A stretch of DNA of 64,000 nucleotides. Source: Squalus acanthias. Its lineage: Eukaryota. The notes under the pieces are model-generated. The model had not been told where the DNA came from and did not search any database. It was given only the letters and a program-made list of their open reading frames with translations. A program made the position numbers and the translations under genes. The stretch is from assembly GCA_030390025.1 (NCBI GenBank), contig CM059431.1, forward strand, positions 127,722,001-127,786,000. Reading direction: 5' to 3'. Every line of letters starts with the position of its first letter. Positions within the stretch are counted from its first letter, which is position 1. Below, piece by piece: positions 1 to 13,158 of the stretch.

Positions 1-450
1 CCAGCCTGTCTATGTTCTCTTGAAGTCTATCACTATCCTCCTCACTGTTCACTATACTTCCAAGTTTTGTGTCATCTGCAAATTTTGAAATTGTACCCTG
101 TACACCCACATCCAAGTCATTAATATATATCAAGAAAAGCAGTGGTCCTAGAACCAATCCCTGGGGAACACCACTGTGTACCTTCCTCCAGTCTGAAAAA
201 CAACTGTTCATCACTACTCTCTGTTTCCTGTCACTTAGCCAATTTCGTATCCATGCTGCCACTATCCCTTTTATTCCATGGGCTTCAACTTTGCTGGCCA
301 GCCTATTATGTTGCACTTTGTTGAACGTCTTTTGGAAATCCATGTACACTACATCAACCGCATTGCCCTCATCAACCCTCTGTTACCTCATCAAAAAACT
401 CGATCAAGTTGGTTAAACACGATTTTCCTTTAACAAACCGTGTTTGGCTT
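1..450 (-). mobile_element. CR1-type LINE RT fragment (runs off window start)
   Basis: Minus strand encodes RT motifs (YMDFQKTF, SGSPGIGSR for SGVPQGS, KFADDTKLG) matching the other CR1 copies in the window. Confidence 0.85.
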
Positions 451-480
451 TACATAGAATCATATGTTGGGAGCTTGTTG

Positions 481-1174
481 CCATTGGATTTTGCTGTAAT
501 AATAAGTGAGGCTATCAGTGCTCGCCGTTATTACAGGGTAAATCTGATAGCAACTTCTGGCGTCCGTACATGCTTAATTAAATGTGGAAATCCAGAAGTT
601 GCTGTCAGAGATACCCTACTCCTCCACAGGCATTGAAATTATTAATGGCATGAACTTAGGTTACTTACCCACGAGTTCCGTACTAAAGAAGGCTGAAAAA
701 ATTAGGGTTGGGGCATTTAGGAATAAGTGAGTTTTTAATGGCATAATAAGTAATAATTACTGCTGAACAATCTCTCTGGCCCTGAAAAAATCATTTTACA
801 AAGGTGGAGTCTCATTACCTCAGGAGAAAAGATTTAAAAAAAATGTTTTTGACTTTTTCTGTTTGTCTCTTTTATCTCTCTCCCTTAATCCCATTTGTAT
901 TTCCAAATCTTTATTTTGCTTCCTGTACATGATTTAAATGTAATTTCTATTTCCTGATTTTTACTTCCTGGTTTGCATTCTGCATATTTCAGTGAGGATA
1001 CTTCAATCTGATTGGGTAAAGAGCCTTGCTGTTGCTTGCCTGGCTCACAGACACACTGTAGGGGATGCTGCATTGAAAATCCACGCTGACAAGCCCGCTA
1101 AAAGTCTCTGGGCAACTGTAAGCGAGGTGAATGGCAAAAGCCGTTCCTTTGCCACTGAGAGCAAAATCTGGGCC
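481..1174. mobile_element. Non-autonomous Harbinger-type MITE (family 1)
   Basis: Ends GCAAAATCTGGGCC and starts with degenerate ..GGATTTTGC; colinear similarity with 48092-48783. Confidence 0.6.
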
Positions 1175-1805
1175 ATTATGGTAAACTAGACTGACCTCAG
1201 AAACTTCAGTGGGCTCAGGAAGTGAGAAAGAATTTCACCCTGTTATTATTCCACCTGGAATTTTGCCAAAGCAGAAATTCTGGGCTGTTATGCACACCTG
1301 TAATATTAATTAAACCATGGCCTACTGTTAGGTGCAAATAGACTCAGTAGATTTTTTTAATTGCTTGCTAATATATCAAGGGCTCGACTAATAGTCTTTG
1401 TCATGCTTTTGCTATATTTCATAGGTTCATTAAGCAGCCACTGATGGATGAGGAACAGATTAACTGGAATCCCTTTAATTGATGGTGACTGTCTCCCCAA
1501 CATCTGAACATCAGATAAGATTTGCAAACCATGTTTGACAGAAGATGATGTGTTGGTTTAACCTTCAACTCATGAAAATGTCAATTCTTTGAGAAGGATG
1601 AAAATTCTTCATCACGTGGCTATGCTAAAGGTACATGTGCCTGATCCTAGTAAAGCTGTATACTTTTCTTGCCAAGCAACAGATTTATTAACTTGTATAT
1701 CGGTATTGGAGTTTAATTCTCAGGGGCAACTATTCCTTTAAAAATGTATTATAAAAATATGAAAAACTAGAAATGGTGAAGTTTCCAACAAAGTGAATAA
1801 GAAAT

Positions 1806-2335
1806 GGCCCCGATTTTAACTCTGGTCGGGTTTTGGGTGGCGGCGTGAGTTAAAAACTCACTCGCTGCTCCAGAAATGAGGCATAGGGTAATTTGAATCC
1901 CCGGCTTCATTTAAATCCCACTGGCTGACTTCCCAACCATTCCAGGTGGGAAATGGTAGAAAATCACATGGCCTGGAGGCCACCCACTGACAGCAGATGG
2001 ATGGCTGGGATCAGCTGCTGTGGCTGTCTCACGGGGGTCTCACAATCATGAAGGGGTGTAGGGGGTTTGGGCCCCTTCTCGCCCCGATCCTCTTTCCCAC
2101 CGCCTTCACCTGGTGGGAAAACACTGCGGCTTCCTGCTCAAGTTGCCGAGTGAGATCATTGGGACCTGATAGGCATGTGTAAAAAAGGACCCCGTCGACT
2201 TGCTGCCTGCTCAGTTCAGCAAGTTAAAATTGAGAATACTCAGCTCCCAGCAATCGAGGGTGGGTAAGTAAACTTGCCGATTGTAACTGCCCACTCAGCC
2301 TGTTTCCATCGGGCGGGGAGGTTTAAAATTGCCGC
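1806..2335. mobile_element. Harbinger-type MITE
   Basis: Termini GGCCCCGATTTTAAC ... GTTTAAAATTGCCGC; GC-rich core; flanks AAT/ATT. Confidence 0.55.
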
Positions 2336-2829
2336 ATTGCTTCAATTTAAAATTGTAAGGTGTTGTGATGAGTAAACAGGAGCAAGATTGCAGTATAAGT
2401 GTTACAAGGCAGTAATGCATATTAAATATGAAGTTTGTACATTTTATTGACATTATCTCAACCCCTTGATGTGTTACTGTCTTAGAATATAGTCCAGATC
2501 ATATTGTAACATATAATTTGTATAAATGTAATAGTAATTTCTTACAACAATTCCATATTTTATGCAATAGTAGTGTCATGGTAGTCTGTTCGATGGAAAA
2601 TTCTTGTGAATGAACCAATTGATTTAACAAGCAGTGATAATGTAGTAGGTGAGGTATCGAGCAGTAATAATGGGATTATTTGATTCAATGATACACAGAA
2701 TATCCTAGAGGTAGATATTTGTCTTTGCTGCCTGGGTGGTCATCTGGTGGAGTGGATCTCCTGTCCATTAGAGAACCCGTCTGATTTTCATTCCACAATT
2801 CCTTAAAATTAGAGCTATGCAGTTCAGGG

Positions 2830-2992
2830 GTGATGTCAGGAAGGATAGTGGCAATCTGTAACTCTCTCCCCCAAAAAGCTGTTCAGGCTAGGCCAATTGA
2901 AAATTTTAAAACTGAGATTGATAGATTTTTGTTAGGCAAGGGTATTTAGGGTTACGGAACCAAGGCGGGTAGATGGAGTTAAGATACAGATT
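2830..2992 (+). mobile_element. CR1 LINE 3' fragment
   Basis: Similar to the NSLPQKAV...FKTEIDRFL/3'UTR region of the CR1 copies at 24040-24190 and 56280-56440. Confidence 0.7.
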
Positions 2993-3473
2993 CTGCTTGC
3001 CTCTATTGGATCTTTTCCATTCATGGTCAATGCTACAATCAGAAGGGTTGTGACTAGCTAAAATTGGTAGCAAAAATAAATTCAGTAAACCCCTCAAAAA
3101 AAAGAATTATGTCCTCAGTTGGTTTTTTTTCTAAAGGTTATGGTTAAAAAAATCAAAACATTAAGGAAACATGAAAAAATAAATCTCAGTTTAGGGCGGG
3201 GAGAATGATGTAATTGGTCATCATGTATAAAGTCCATTAGACCAAAAATTGTAAATTGAAATTATTTTAATCTGAGTTCAAGCAGAAAAAAATTAAATCA
3301 AACTGCAGCATAAAATGATTGCATTATATGATCTGTTATCTATACCAACTCTTTTAGAATAGTTTGCACCTTTTCTTATCTCATTACAATGATAGACAAT
3401 GAGGGTTTCTACAAGAGACAAAAACCTGGCTTCTTACCTTAAATCCAAGATTATTTCAAAGATACCTCATGAT

Positions 3474-3911
3474 TGTGTCAGCTGTGGCTCAGTGGGTAGC
3501 ATGCTCGCCTCTGAGTCAGAAGGTTGTGGATTCAGGTCCCACTCCAGGGACTTGAGCACATAAAACTAGATCTGACACTCCAGTGGAGTGCTGCACTGTC
3601 GGAGGTGCCGTCTTTCAGATGAGATGTTAAATCGAGGCCCCGTCTGCTCTTCAGGTGGATGTAAAAAATCCCATGGCACTATTTCAAAGAAGAGCAGGGG
3701 AGTTATCCCTGGTGTCCTAGCCAAAAGTTATCCTTCAACCAACATAACAAAAACAGATTATCTGGTCATTATCACATGTGGGACCTTGCTGTGTGCAAAT
3801 TAGCTGCCACATTTCCTACATTCTCACAGTGACTGTACTTCATTGGCTGTAAAGCGCTTTGAGATGTCCGGTGGTCGTGAAAGGCGCTATATAAATGCAA
3901 GTCTTTCTTTT
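3474..3911 (+). mobile_element. tRNA-derived Deu-domain SINE (SacSINE1/AmnSINE-like)
   Basis: Head has A-box (TGGCTCAGTGGG) and B-box-like (GGATTCAGGTCC) motifs; central GCACTGTCGGAGGTGCCGTCTTTCAGATGAG...CCCATGGCACTATTT block; LINE-like tail AAAGCGCTTTGAG...GGCGCTATATAAATGCAAGTC. Confidence 0.8.
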
Positions 3912-4990
3912 AACGACCTTTACAATTTCATTTGTCTGCTTCCATCAGGTGGGAGGCGGGCAGAATGAGCCCACCCCCTGCCCAATGGAATTAATTGGAG
4001 ACCCCAACCATTTTCATGGTTGAACTTCTTTTAACTATAATCAGCAAGCTGCCAGTGCTAAACAAGGGGTTGGGGTAAGTTAAAGGTGGGGTTGATATCA
4101 GGGTCGGGCAGTGCAAATCTGTCATTTGTAGCTGTCGATTTTTGTGGGACAAGGTGGAGCATTGATGTTCCTCCTAGCCCTACAAACAGCAGTGGGAATG
4201 GGTAGTAAATGCTCTACCATGATTTTTTATCATACTACCATCCCATTTCCACTGGTGGTGAAGATGAAAATCAGTCCATTTTTGTTTTGCTGATTTCCAT
4301 CAATAAATTCCTGGATTTTTCCAGGTTGATGGACCAGTAAAAAAAACAATTTCTGCCTGATTCTAACTTTCAAAAAAGATGAATCTTTTCTGGTCTCGGT
4401 GAATCCTGAGATGCTTGCACATTGCGTGATGGCGTACGTACGCAATGTGAGCGATGATGTTATAAAGTATTGTGCTCATATCCTGCGACCCAACCTTCCA
4501 AAACAAATGTTGGTAGGGAGGTAACTTGAGGAGACTTTGAGAGAGTTTGCATGGTGTCTCATGCCAAGCAAACCTGTCACGTAGTACCAAAAGGAAAATT
4601 GAGGTGTTATTCAAAGAGCATTGTGCAAAAATTTAATAGGCTAGCACACATAATAGGCATCATTCTGATTACTGGACATCCAAGCATCAGTCTGATGTAC
4701 ACAGCTGATCAGCATCCAAGACACTCCATTAAGCAAAGTAAGAGCATTTATGACTTATAATGGAGGTGGAACAAGAAATGAACAAAAATGTGTATGAACA
4801 TGCATGTCCATTAAGAACTTCTATAATGTGAAACTGAAGCAAATTGTACAAAATGAAGTATAATTGAAGACCCTTAATAAGATTACAACTACACATAATG
4901 ATTACAATATACTATTCACTGCAAAATTACATTTTAGCATCAATTTTATATTTTAGGCAGACTTTAAACTTTTTTGTTCTTCACAATAAT

Positions 4991-5581
4991 GGCCCTGATT
5001 TTGCGGTCAGAGGCGTACCTCCGGAGTACACCTCCAACCCAAGAAATATTTCCGAACTTAACTCTTGGCTTCACAGCTACGGAGAGTTCAGGTCCTGGGC
5101 TTCCAGGTGTACGCCTGCGTAAAGGCCCACGGATCCCAGGGATGCAGGCAGTTCGGAATAGTCCCTGGGATCATGTGGACCAGGTCCTCCAATGAGAAAG
5201 GAGGATTCCATTGCAGTCATTTCCAAACGGAATCCCCTAAAGACATGCAATGGAATCCCCAAATAATTAAACAATTTAGACAACTCTCATAAAAATAAAT
5301 GTTCGCATTTTCAAAGTTAATGAAAAGTCCCTTCAATACAGCAAATACAATAAACATTTATTTTTCTGAAAAATAGTTTTAAACATTTTAATCTGGGCCA
5401 AAATTTGTGTAAGTAACTTTAAGTGTTTGTGCAGCATTTTTTATTTTTACATTTCTAATTTAAAATTTATATTAACCCTTATGCTGGTGAAAGCAGGCCT
5501 TACGCCTGCTTTTACCAGCTGTAAGAGTTTTGTGGGCAGTGGTTGGGCGTATGCCGTCATCGGGAGTGCAAATTCTGGGCC
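4991..5581. mobile_element. Harbinger-type MITE (family 2)
   Basis: TIRs GGCCCTGATTTTGC / GCAAATTCTGGGCC; inverted homolog of 10842-11595. Confidence 0.7.
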
Positions 5582-7329
5582 ATTATAGTGATGATATACT
5601 ACTTTCAACATACATTTTGTGTATTTCGTGATCATGGGAACTTCTATTACATCGAAGCACACTTATTCCTGTTCTGCACCACATTTTAGGGTCATGATGA
5701 AAATCAAAACTGATTTTTTACCGATTTTCTCAAAATTCACCCTAATTTTAGGGATTTATTTTTTCCCCATGATTTTCTCTTGATATTTGATGCTACAAAT
5801 AAAAATTGAAAACCGCCCAGACTTTTAAATTGACAAAAATTGACTTTAAATGTCTTTATTTATGGCACAAGTCTTCTCTGGTGACACATTTCCCCTGCAT
5901 GATTGCTGTTCCAATGTCTCACCCTCCCTTTCCCTATAATTTTGCAGTTTTCCCTTCTGTAGCCAGTCCTGCAGCAAGAACGCACTTAACTTAAAGTAAA
6001 CCAACATTAAAGGGTTAAGCAGCTGTATTGTAAAGGCAGTTTTGTAAATTGACCAATCATAAGAAATTGACCAAGTATCACATCCCAGCATGCCTCGAGG
6101 AACCAACGGGACTTTTAAAAGAAAATTTAAAAAGCTGTAAGCTGAACGGAATGCAGGAGGAAATTATTCATACAGAGAGACAGACACAATTGATTGGCTT
6201 TATGAATATGCTAACCAAGAAAATAGCTGGAGTAATCAGACCACACAATGACATGTGTTTGTTTAAATTTAACTGACTGTCCTGTCCATTGAACCCTTGT
6301 GGTCAGGCTGTTAACAAGATGTACAAATCAACACGACAGGTAACGACCATGGCACCACCGAGTCTGGATCGGTTCCCTCACCCTTTGGAGATGTTAATAT
6401 CAAAATTGTTGCGGGAGTAAAACTCATTTGCCAACCTTCAGAATGCTGATAAGCCCGGAACTTTTCCCCATCAAAACACCTTTGTGTGATAATGGTTGAA
6501 AACATTGAACAGAATAAGGATATTTCCTTGTGTGATAATGGACTATTCACAGACCCAGGATGGGGAAGTGATCAAATCAAGCACTCTTTTCATTTGCAGA
6601 AACAGACCAGATTAAAATGGTACAATCAAAGGGGAGGGTGGGGGGGGGGGGGGGGGGGGGAGGGGGGTGGTTGCGTCAATCAATTATCACGGGTATGATC
6701 TTTGTATTATAATAAGGGTGCATTTAGGGACAAACTTCAGCAACTTGCAAGGGTGGGTTTGACCACCCGGACAGATGAAAACATACTCCTCCGAGTGATC
6801 GCCGGGGTGAGTGGTGTTTGAAATTAAAGAGAGTTAAAGTGAACAGTGTAGATGAGTACTGTTTGAAGTTAAAGGGAACAGTGCATTGACGTTTGTATGT
6901 TATCCGTAGTACAGTAAACAGTTAAAAGAATACTGAGTTGTACTCTGAGCCTTGACCATTTTACCCCACCAGAACGGGTTCAGGTCGGATTCTGGAATTA
7001 GAGTATAAGAGGGAAGGTGCGGGTTCACCTACTTACACTTCCATGTAGAATACGTAAGGTTTTTGTTTAAAATTTCTTCTAAATGAGGTTTTTCTGATCT
7101 AAATCCAAGCTGGACTGATGTCGTCAATCGCAAAATTAGCCAGAACTCCGTGCATTAACTATTGATTAACATTGCATACTACACCCATGGTTAATGATCC
7201 AGAAATCTTTAATGGTTCCCCAAGGTGCATATCGCCAATGCTTTAGATCTTCTAAGAGATGTTGAAGGTTCCCTGGATAGACTGAAGTACTAATTAATGA
7301 TGAAGACTAAATGTCACATTCTTCCTTCA

Positions 7330-7940
7330 TCTTTCGGATCTGGTAAGATTAATTAGAAAAAAATGTCTGAATATCCTGGTCTGGACCCATGGCTCTAATG
7401 ATGCAGGGAGGTGTTTTTAAAATTTTTCCAGCAAATATTAACAGCCTTCCTAGGATCCCTGTCCTAACTGCTGAACGACAATGTGAGATAGCTGAAGAAA
7501 AATAATACTAGTCCTGCAGAAAATGTGCTTGATCGTTATACAACTAAAGAAATAATATACAAATAAATCAACAATCAGCAATCAGGTGCCCCTCAGATCT
7601 TCTCAAACATCCCCAAGAGTCCAGGGACCTCAGTGGGAAAACATATCCTATAGGTGATCCATTGTGTTCTTGTTGGTGTTCCACGATTATCAAGTCAATC
7701 TCATGTTTTCAAATGAATGCCCCTTTTTTTTCTGGAGATAGATAATGCATCCTTCAAGCAATGATGAAGGAGGGTATAACTTGACTTTCACCAGGCTACA
7801 TTTTTTCTGGACCTGTCAACTGAAGTATCCTATAATATGAAAAGAAATCTGTCAGTATGAAATTCAAGCTGAGAAGCATTGATGTTCCCCTTCGGCTGCT
7901 GCACCCTGCCCGCCTAAAGATAAATTGAAAGGAAAGCAGA
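7330..7940 (+). pseudogene. Highly decayed L1/Tx1-type ORF1 remnant
   Basis: Hand translation gives, in order, SIVFLLVFHDYQV, TFFLDLSTEV and KLRSIDVPLRLLHPARLKI, resembling L1 ORF1p RRM/CTD motifs (PIIVRFH.YQ, IFPDLS.E, LLYPARLRI). Confidence 0.5.
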
Positions 7941-10841
7941 ACATGTTGTCCAGCCCATACGTTGTACTGGAAATTGTTGCCGTAAACATTTTCCAGCACA
8001 TCCAGAAATAGACTGATTTCCAATTTGATCATCCACTCAACATTTATCTTATGTCAACAAGTTCATGCAATGAACAGTGATCCTAAAACTTCCCCATGAC
8101 TGCACCATCGTCATAAGTAATAAGCGGAAGCGATATTATAAATAGCAGCACTTTCAGATACCACAGAATGTCGCAAAACTGGCATTTCGTCTTTCTCAGA
8201 TGAGGAATTAAGATCTGTTTCAAATGTGCTTTAAAAGCATACATAACAATCAGAAAAGTGATGCAAAATCATTACAGCTCATATTTTAATAGTCTTAATT
8301 ATTTCTACTTAAGTGGCAATACTTAATGGCCTGGAATTTCCTTGATCTGACGTACCACGACATTACGCTGAAATTTATGCTCGTTCCACACCAATATTGC
8401 CGATGGCAACTTATGCCAACATTTCCTGAGAATCTCATTGGGATACACTGGAACATAAAAAGCAGCGTAAAACAAGTGGAAATCGGCATAAACAGTCGGG
8501 GGCCCAAGGAAAGTGCGGAACATACAACATCTTCCTTGTTTACATCCCTCGCTATCTTATTGGTGTCATGAAAATTAAAGTTTGAAGCCACCAAACCATT
8601 ATTTATGCACATTAAGCACAGCATTTTCAAGTAATTGTGGAAGCTTTTCTCTTTTTCTGGTGACATAAAAAAGCATCCGAAAGTATGGAAAATACAGGAC
8701 GGGTCTCAGTAAAAAGAAAATTTTAAAAATCGCAATAAAACACTAAAAATAGTGATTTCAGGTCCTGCTGCGCCTAAACCTTTGGGTGCAAATTTAGGCC
8801 TATTCAGAACTGGCATAAATGCAGAAAACTCACATTTTCTGATCTTTTGGATGAAGTCGGAGATATGTTAATGAGCTAAGTGAGGTTTCAGCAGACATAA
8901 CTCGGGAGTGGCACAAAGATCAAGGAAACTTGCATGTAGCAATGTTATGGTGCAAAATCAGCGTCAATCAGTTACTTGCAAATTTCCTTGAAAAATATTA
9001 ACAACTCCGCTCTTGCGCCATAGTTACACCGAAACATTCCATGAAATGCTGGGTCAATGTCTATGATTAAAGTGGTAGTAATGACCACATCTTTTTATTA
9101 ATGTCACATAATCATTTATATATGTTCTATGTAAACATTATTGTTAGCGGATGGTGTTATTACTTACAAGTTACTCCTCAAAATAATAGGATTCGCAGCA
9201 TTACAGATAGATGTTCACAGATTTATTAAGCATATGATAATAGCAATTATTGACAATAATTAAACATACACTTAACAGCATGAATAACTTTAGTTTTACA
9301 ACTCCCAAACATTGGTATAGTTTTCACCCTGATTGATCTGTCAGTCATTCGACAGTTACAGAGTAAAATTAGGAGTGAAATTAACGAACTAACAAAGGCC
9401 TTATAACAAAATGTGAGGGTGTTATGTTCTTATCACCCTAAGCCGCATTCCTTTGACAGATGTAACCTTGTAAGGCTGTTTTTGTATGTAGCAATTTACA
9501 CAAACAGGCTATTCTCCACAGTTAGATATTGTGTTTCATACAATAATTGGAACTATAACTTCTTAATTTGATAGTTAAAACATATGGCCTTGCCATTGAC
9601 TATATAGCAGAGTAATGTCTATGTCTCACCAATACATTCCTTTTCTGCCGCATTTAGCTTACAGACATCTAATGATCATAGAAATGCTTCCCTGTGAACT
9701 TGGAACGATGAATAGACTGCAAGATGCCGTGCTGTCTACGTACCCACTCAGGCCTCGAAGCTCTCAAGGTCTTGTTAAGTTAGCTATAGGATCTGTTTAT
9801 ATCAAGGGGCTAATTAGACTGCTTGAGCCATGAGATCAGCTGCAATTGAAAAGTTACTGATCAGTTAATATAAAGAAATGAACATAAAGAGAATTCTATA
9901 GCAGTACCATCTGATTAGCACGTTTCTTACAATCAAACAAGATTGTAAGAAAATTGTTTCCACTCAGTTTTTGTAGCATTCAATCTCTTCAAATATCTGG
10001 GATTCTATTGTTAACAATGCAGTGACTTTCACAATGCACAAGTGAATATCCTGTGGCATTGCTCGTGGCAAGTTGAAGGTTATACTGTTGCAAATAGCAA
10101 AGTGGTTGGGGGCAGATCACAATGGAGGAGTGGGCAAGGACATGTGCACAGGTCGGGCGGAGTGCAAGGGATTAATTCCAGCTCTGGTTGCAATATGGAT
10201 TCTAAACATTTATGAAGTTAAGTTAACTTAAATTTAACACTCCAATATAAACTATGCCTAGATCTTTCTCCAGAAAAATAGTCAAGCATCTCAAAATGTG
10301 AAAAGCTTCTTTATCTCTTTGTCATGTTGTCCTGTGCTCATGTTCTACCTTTTCACAAAACACCTCATTAATATTATTATCTTCATTATTTTAAAAACTT
10401 GGATCCTGGCCCCTTACATTGTAGCCATAGTTCAATGATCTAAAACCTGTACAGATGAAGTCGCGGCCATAAGGGACATGACACCTGCTTACAGGAGTAA
10501 CCATTGATGCTGAACTAATGAGTATATTTCGAGTACACCTAAAATTTATAACAAAGCCACAAACTTTATTTAGCTTGCAGAATAACTTTTTCATTCTTAG
10601 CATTATTGACTTCACTCAGATCAGTGAAGGCTGAACCAGTTGAAGAATTCAAAAGGGAATTGAATCAATTTCTGATTCAGCAAAGAGTAGAGGTATATGA
10701 GATTCAGGTAAGAAGAAAATAATAAATGGTTAGTTTGGTTCACGAATGAATACTCTGATGGTAGAGTGATCTGAATGAGCTATTGGTCTTTTCTGATTCC
10801 ATAGAAGTTGTTGTTTATTTATCTATCTGGCCACAAATATT

Positions 10842-11595
10842 GGGCTGTAATTTGCGGCCCCTGCAGGTGCGTATGCGCCCATAGGGGCCGCGCAAGTTCC
10901 GGGTTTAGTCATGTGAAGCGCAGGCGGTAAAACCCGGAACTTGCGATCCATCAAGAATCTTCTTGACAGATCCTCCACATCCCCGGGAAAAGGGCATCCG
11001 CGGGCGGAGAGTTGCACTATTTGCCCAACTTCCGCTCGCTGAATGCCCGTGAAATTCCTATGCCTGGTAAAAGCAGGCACAAGGCCTGCTTTTACCAGTG
11101 TAAAAGTTTTAAAGAACAGAAAAAAAAAAATTTCAATAATTTATACATTGAAAAACCTGTGAAATAAGGTAAGTTTATTTTAGCCCCTTTAAAATATGTT
11201 AATTTATTTTTCAAAAAATTTAATTTTTGTTTAAAAAATTTAATTAAATTCCATTTTGATTCATTTTAAATATGTGATTTTTAAAAAATTATTTGAAGTG
11301 TACGTGTATTTTTGGGGGTATTCCCATTCATACTTATGAGGATTCCATACCTACGGAACCCTCATAAGTATGAATGGGGATCCCCTTCTCTCATTGGCTA
11401 GGCCGGCCCACGTGATCCCAGGGGTGCTTGCAAACCGCCTGCACCCCTGGGAAACGTGAGCCTCTACGCAGGCCTACGCATAGAGGCCCAGGAGTGCAAG
11501 TGTCCGAACCTCCAGGACCATCAGATAAGTTCATAGATTTTTTGCTGGTCGGAGGCATCCACCCATGGAAAGCTTCCGACCGCAAATTCAGGGCC
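10842..11595. mobile_element. Harbinger-type MITE (family 2)
   Basis: TIRs GGGCTGTAATTTGCG / CGCAAATTCAGGGCC; internal hairpins (CTGGTAAAAGCAGGC..GCCTGCTTTTACCAG; CCCATTCATACTTATGAG..CTCATAAGTATGAATGGG); homologous to 4991-5581. Confidence 0.75.
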
Positions 11596-11935
11596 AATAT
11601 AACTTTAGATATTGAGAAAAAGCAAATCTTAACTTTGCTCTGTACCAGATGAGTTATATTATTAAGTTGTAATCAGGAGAAAAGATAACTTATCCAGCAC
11701 TAGTGCTTAAGTATTTTGATGTGGGAAGTTTACATAACAATGAACCTAGTCATGTTTATGGCACAACCAGGTCAATTATTACCACTTTAACTCAATTGGC
11801 TGAAACACTGGCCTGTTTATTAGCTGGACAAAGGCTTTTATTGGATATTATTCCCCGGCCCCCTGCGACCCCCCCAATATTCAAAATGGATGTTGGGACA
11901 AATAAGGTTGAGGGAAACAGGTAAGTATTAAAATT

Positions 11936-12738
11936 CGCCCGGCACCTTCCCGTGCAAGCGCAGGAGATGCAACACATGCCCTTATACCTCCCCTCTTCCC
12001 ACTGTCCAGGGCCCCAAACACCCCTTCCAGGTGAAACAGTGATTTACTTGTACTCCTGCCAATTTAGTATACTGTATTCGCTGCTCACGATGTGGTCTCC
12101 TCGACATTGGGGAGACCAAACGCAGATTGGGTGACCGCTTTGCGGAACACCTCCGTTTAGTCCGTAAGGGGGACCCCGAGCTCCCGGTCGCCTGTCACTT
12201 TAATTCACCGCTCCACTCCCACTCTAACCTCACCGTCCTCGGCCTATTACACTGTTCCACGGAAGCTCAGCGTATGCTCGAGGAACAGCACCTCATCTTT
12301 CGTTTAGGCACCCTACAGCCCTCTGGACTCAACATCGAGTTCAACAATTTTAGATCATAACCCCTGCCCCCATCACATTTATATTTTATTTTTTCATCCA
12401 CCCTTTTGTTTGGCCCCCCTTTTTTTTTCCCTCCCAGAAGCTGGCAGCTGTCCTTCATTCTGCCAGTGCATTTCACACTTCTTTTAGCCTCAACCTGTTA
12501 CATCAACACCTCCTCTTGCCTTGATTATCTCTTAATGTCTCTCAATGTCTCTTAATCTCTCCTTTTGTTCTTTCATCCCCTCCCCCTTTTCCCAGCTTTA
12601 TACTTGCTTTAAATTTATTTCATTTCCTGCTTTCTTCCAGTTCTGACAAAAGGTCTTCGACCTGAAACATTAACTCTGTTTCTCTCTCCACGGATGCTGC
12701 CTGGCCTGCTGAGTTTTTCCAGCATTTTCTGTTGTTAT
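11936..12738 (+). mobile_element. 5'-truncated Penelope-like element (GIY-YIG end plus pLTR tail)
   Basis: Encodes NLVYCIRCSRCGLLDIGETKRRLGDRFAEH...LIFRLGTLQPSGLN; 14-bp TSD TAAGTATTAA(A/T)ATT at 11922-11935 and 12739-12752. Confidence 0.85.
12639..12675 (+). ncRNA. Degenerate minimal type I hammerhead ribozyme motif
   Basis: AGTT-CTGACAA-A-AGGTC-TTC-GACCT-GAA-ACAT-T-AACT; stems I and II pair; core and stem III carry CpG-type decay. Confidence 0.55.
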
Positions 12739-13158
12739 TAAGTATTAATATTGCTGTTTGGAAAAAATAGAAAAGCTAAAGTAGATTATATTAGATGGCA
12801 AAAATTAATAGTAGATTTAAACTAATACTATTACTGGGGAAGGAGAGAAAATGAGAGCAAATAGAAGACAGGGTAAGCTGAAGTGTGGGCCGTGATTTTA
12901 ACATCGGCGGCGGGTTGGAGTCGGGTCGGCTGTTCGGCGGGTTCCGGTCCCACTGCCGGTTTCAGCCGCTCTGAATTAACAATTTTCCCTTAACTGGGCT
13001 GATTAAGCCGGTTGTGCGCGTTGCCCGGCCCAATCAGTGGGTTCAGGTCTGCTGCTCGCCTCTGCTGACGTCTTCCATCCAGCTGCATTTAAGGGGCCCA
13101 TGCCGCCTTGTGGTTTTTCATTCCTATTCTGATGCTTCTCGGTGTGGCACATAGCGAA

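Noticed and set aside
1424..1630. Possible plus-strand exon (TTTCATAG ... AAG|GTACAT)
   Set aside because: All three frames contain stops.
3474..3550. tRNA gene
   Set aside because: It is the SINE head; continues into SINE body with no proper acceptor stem or terminator.
6631..6670. Long G-run / G-quadruplex
   Set aside because: Simple homopolymer of uncertain length; no supporting context.
8295..8666. Overlapping short ORFs as a possible endogenous viral fragment
   Set aside because: No recognisable viral motif; cannot be supported without a search.
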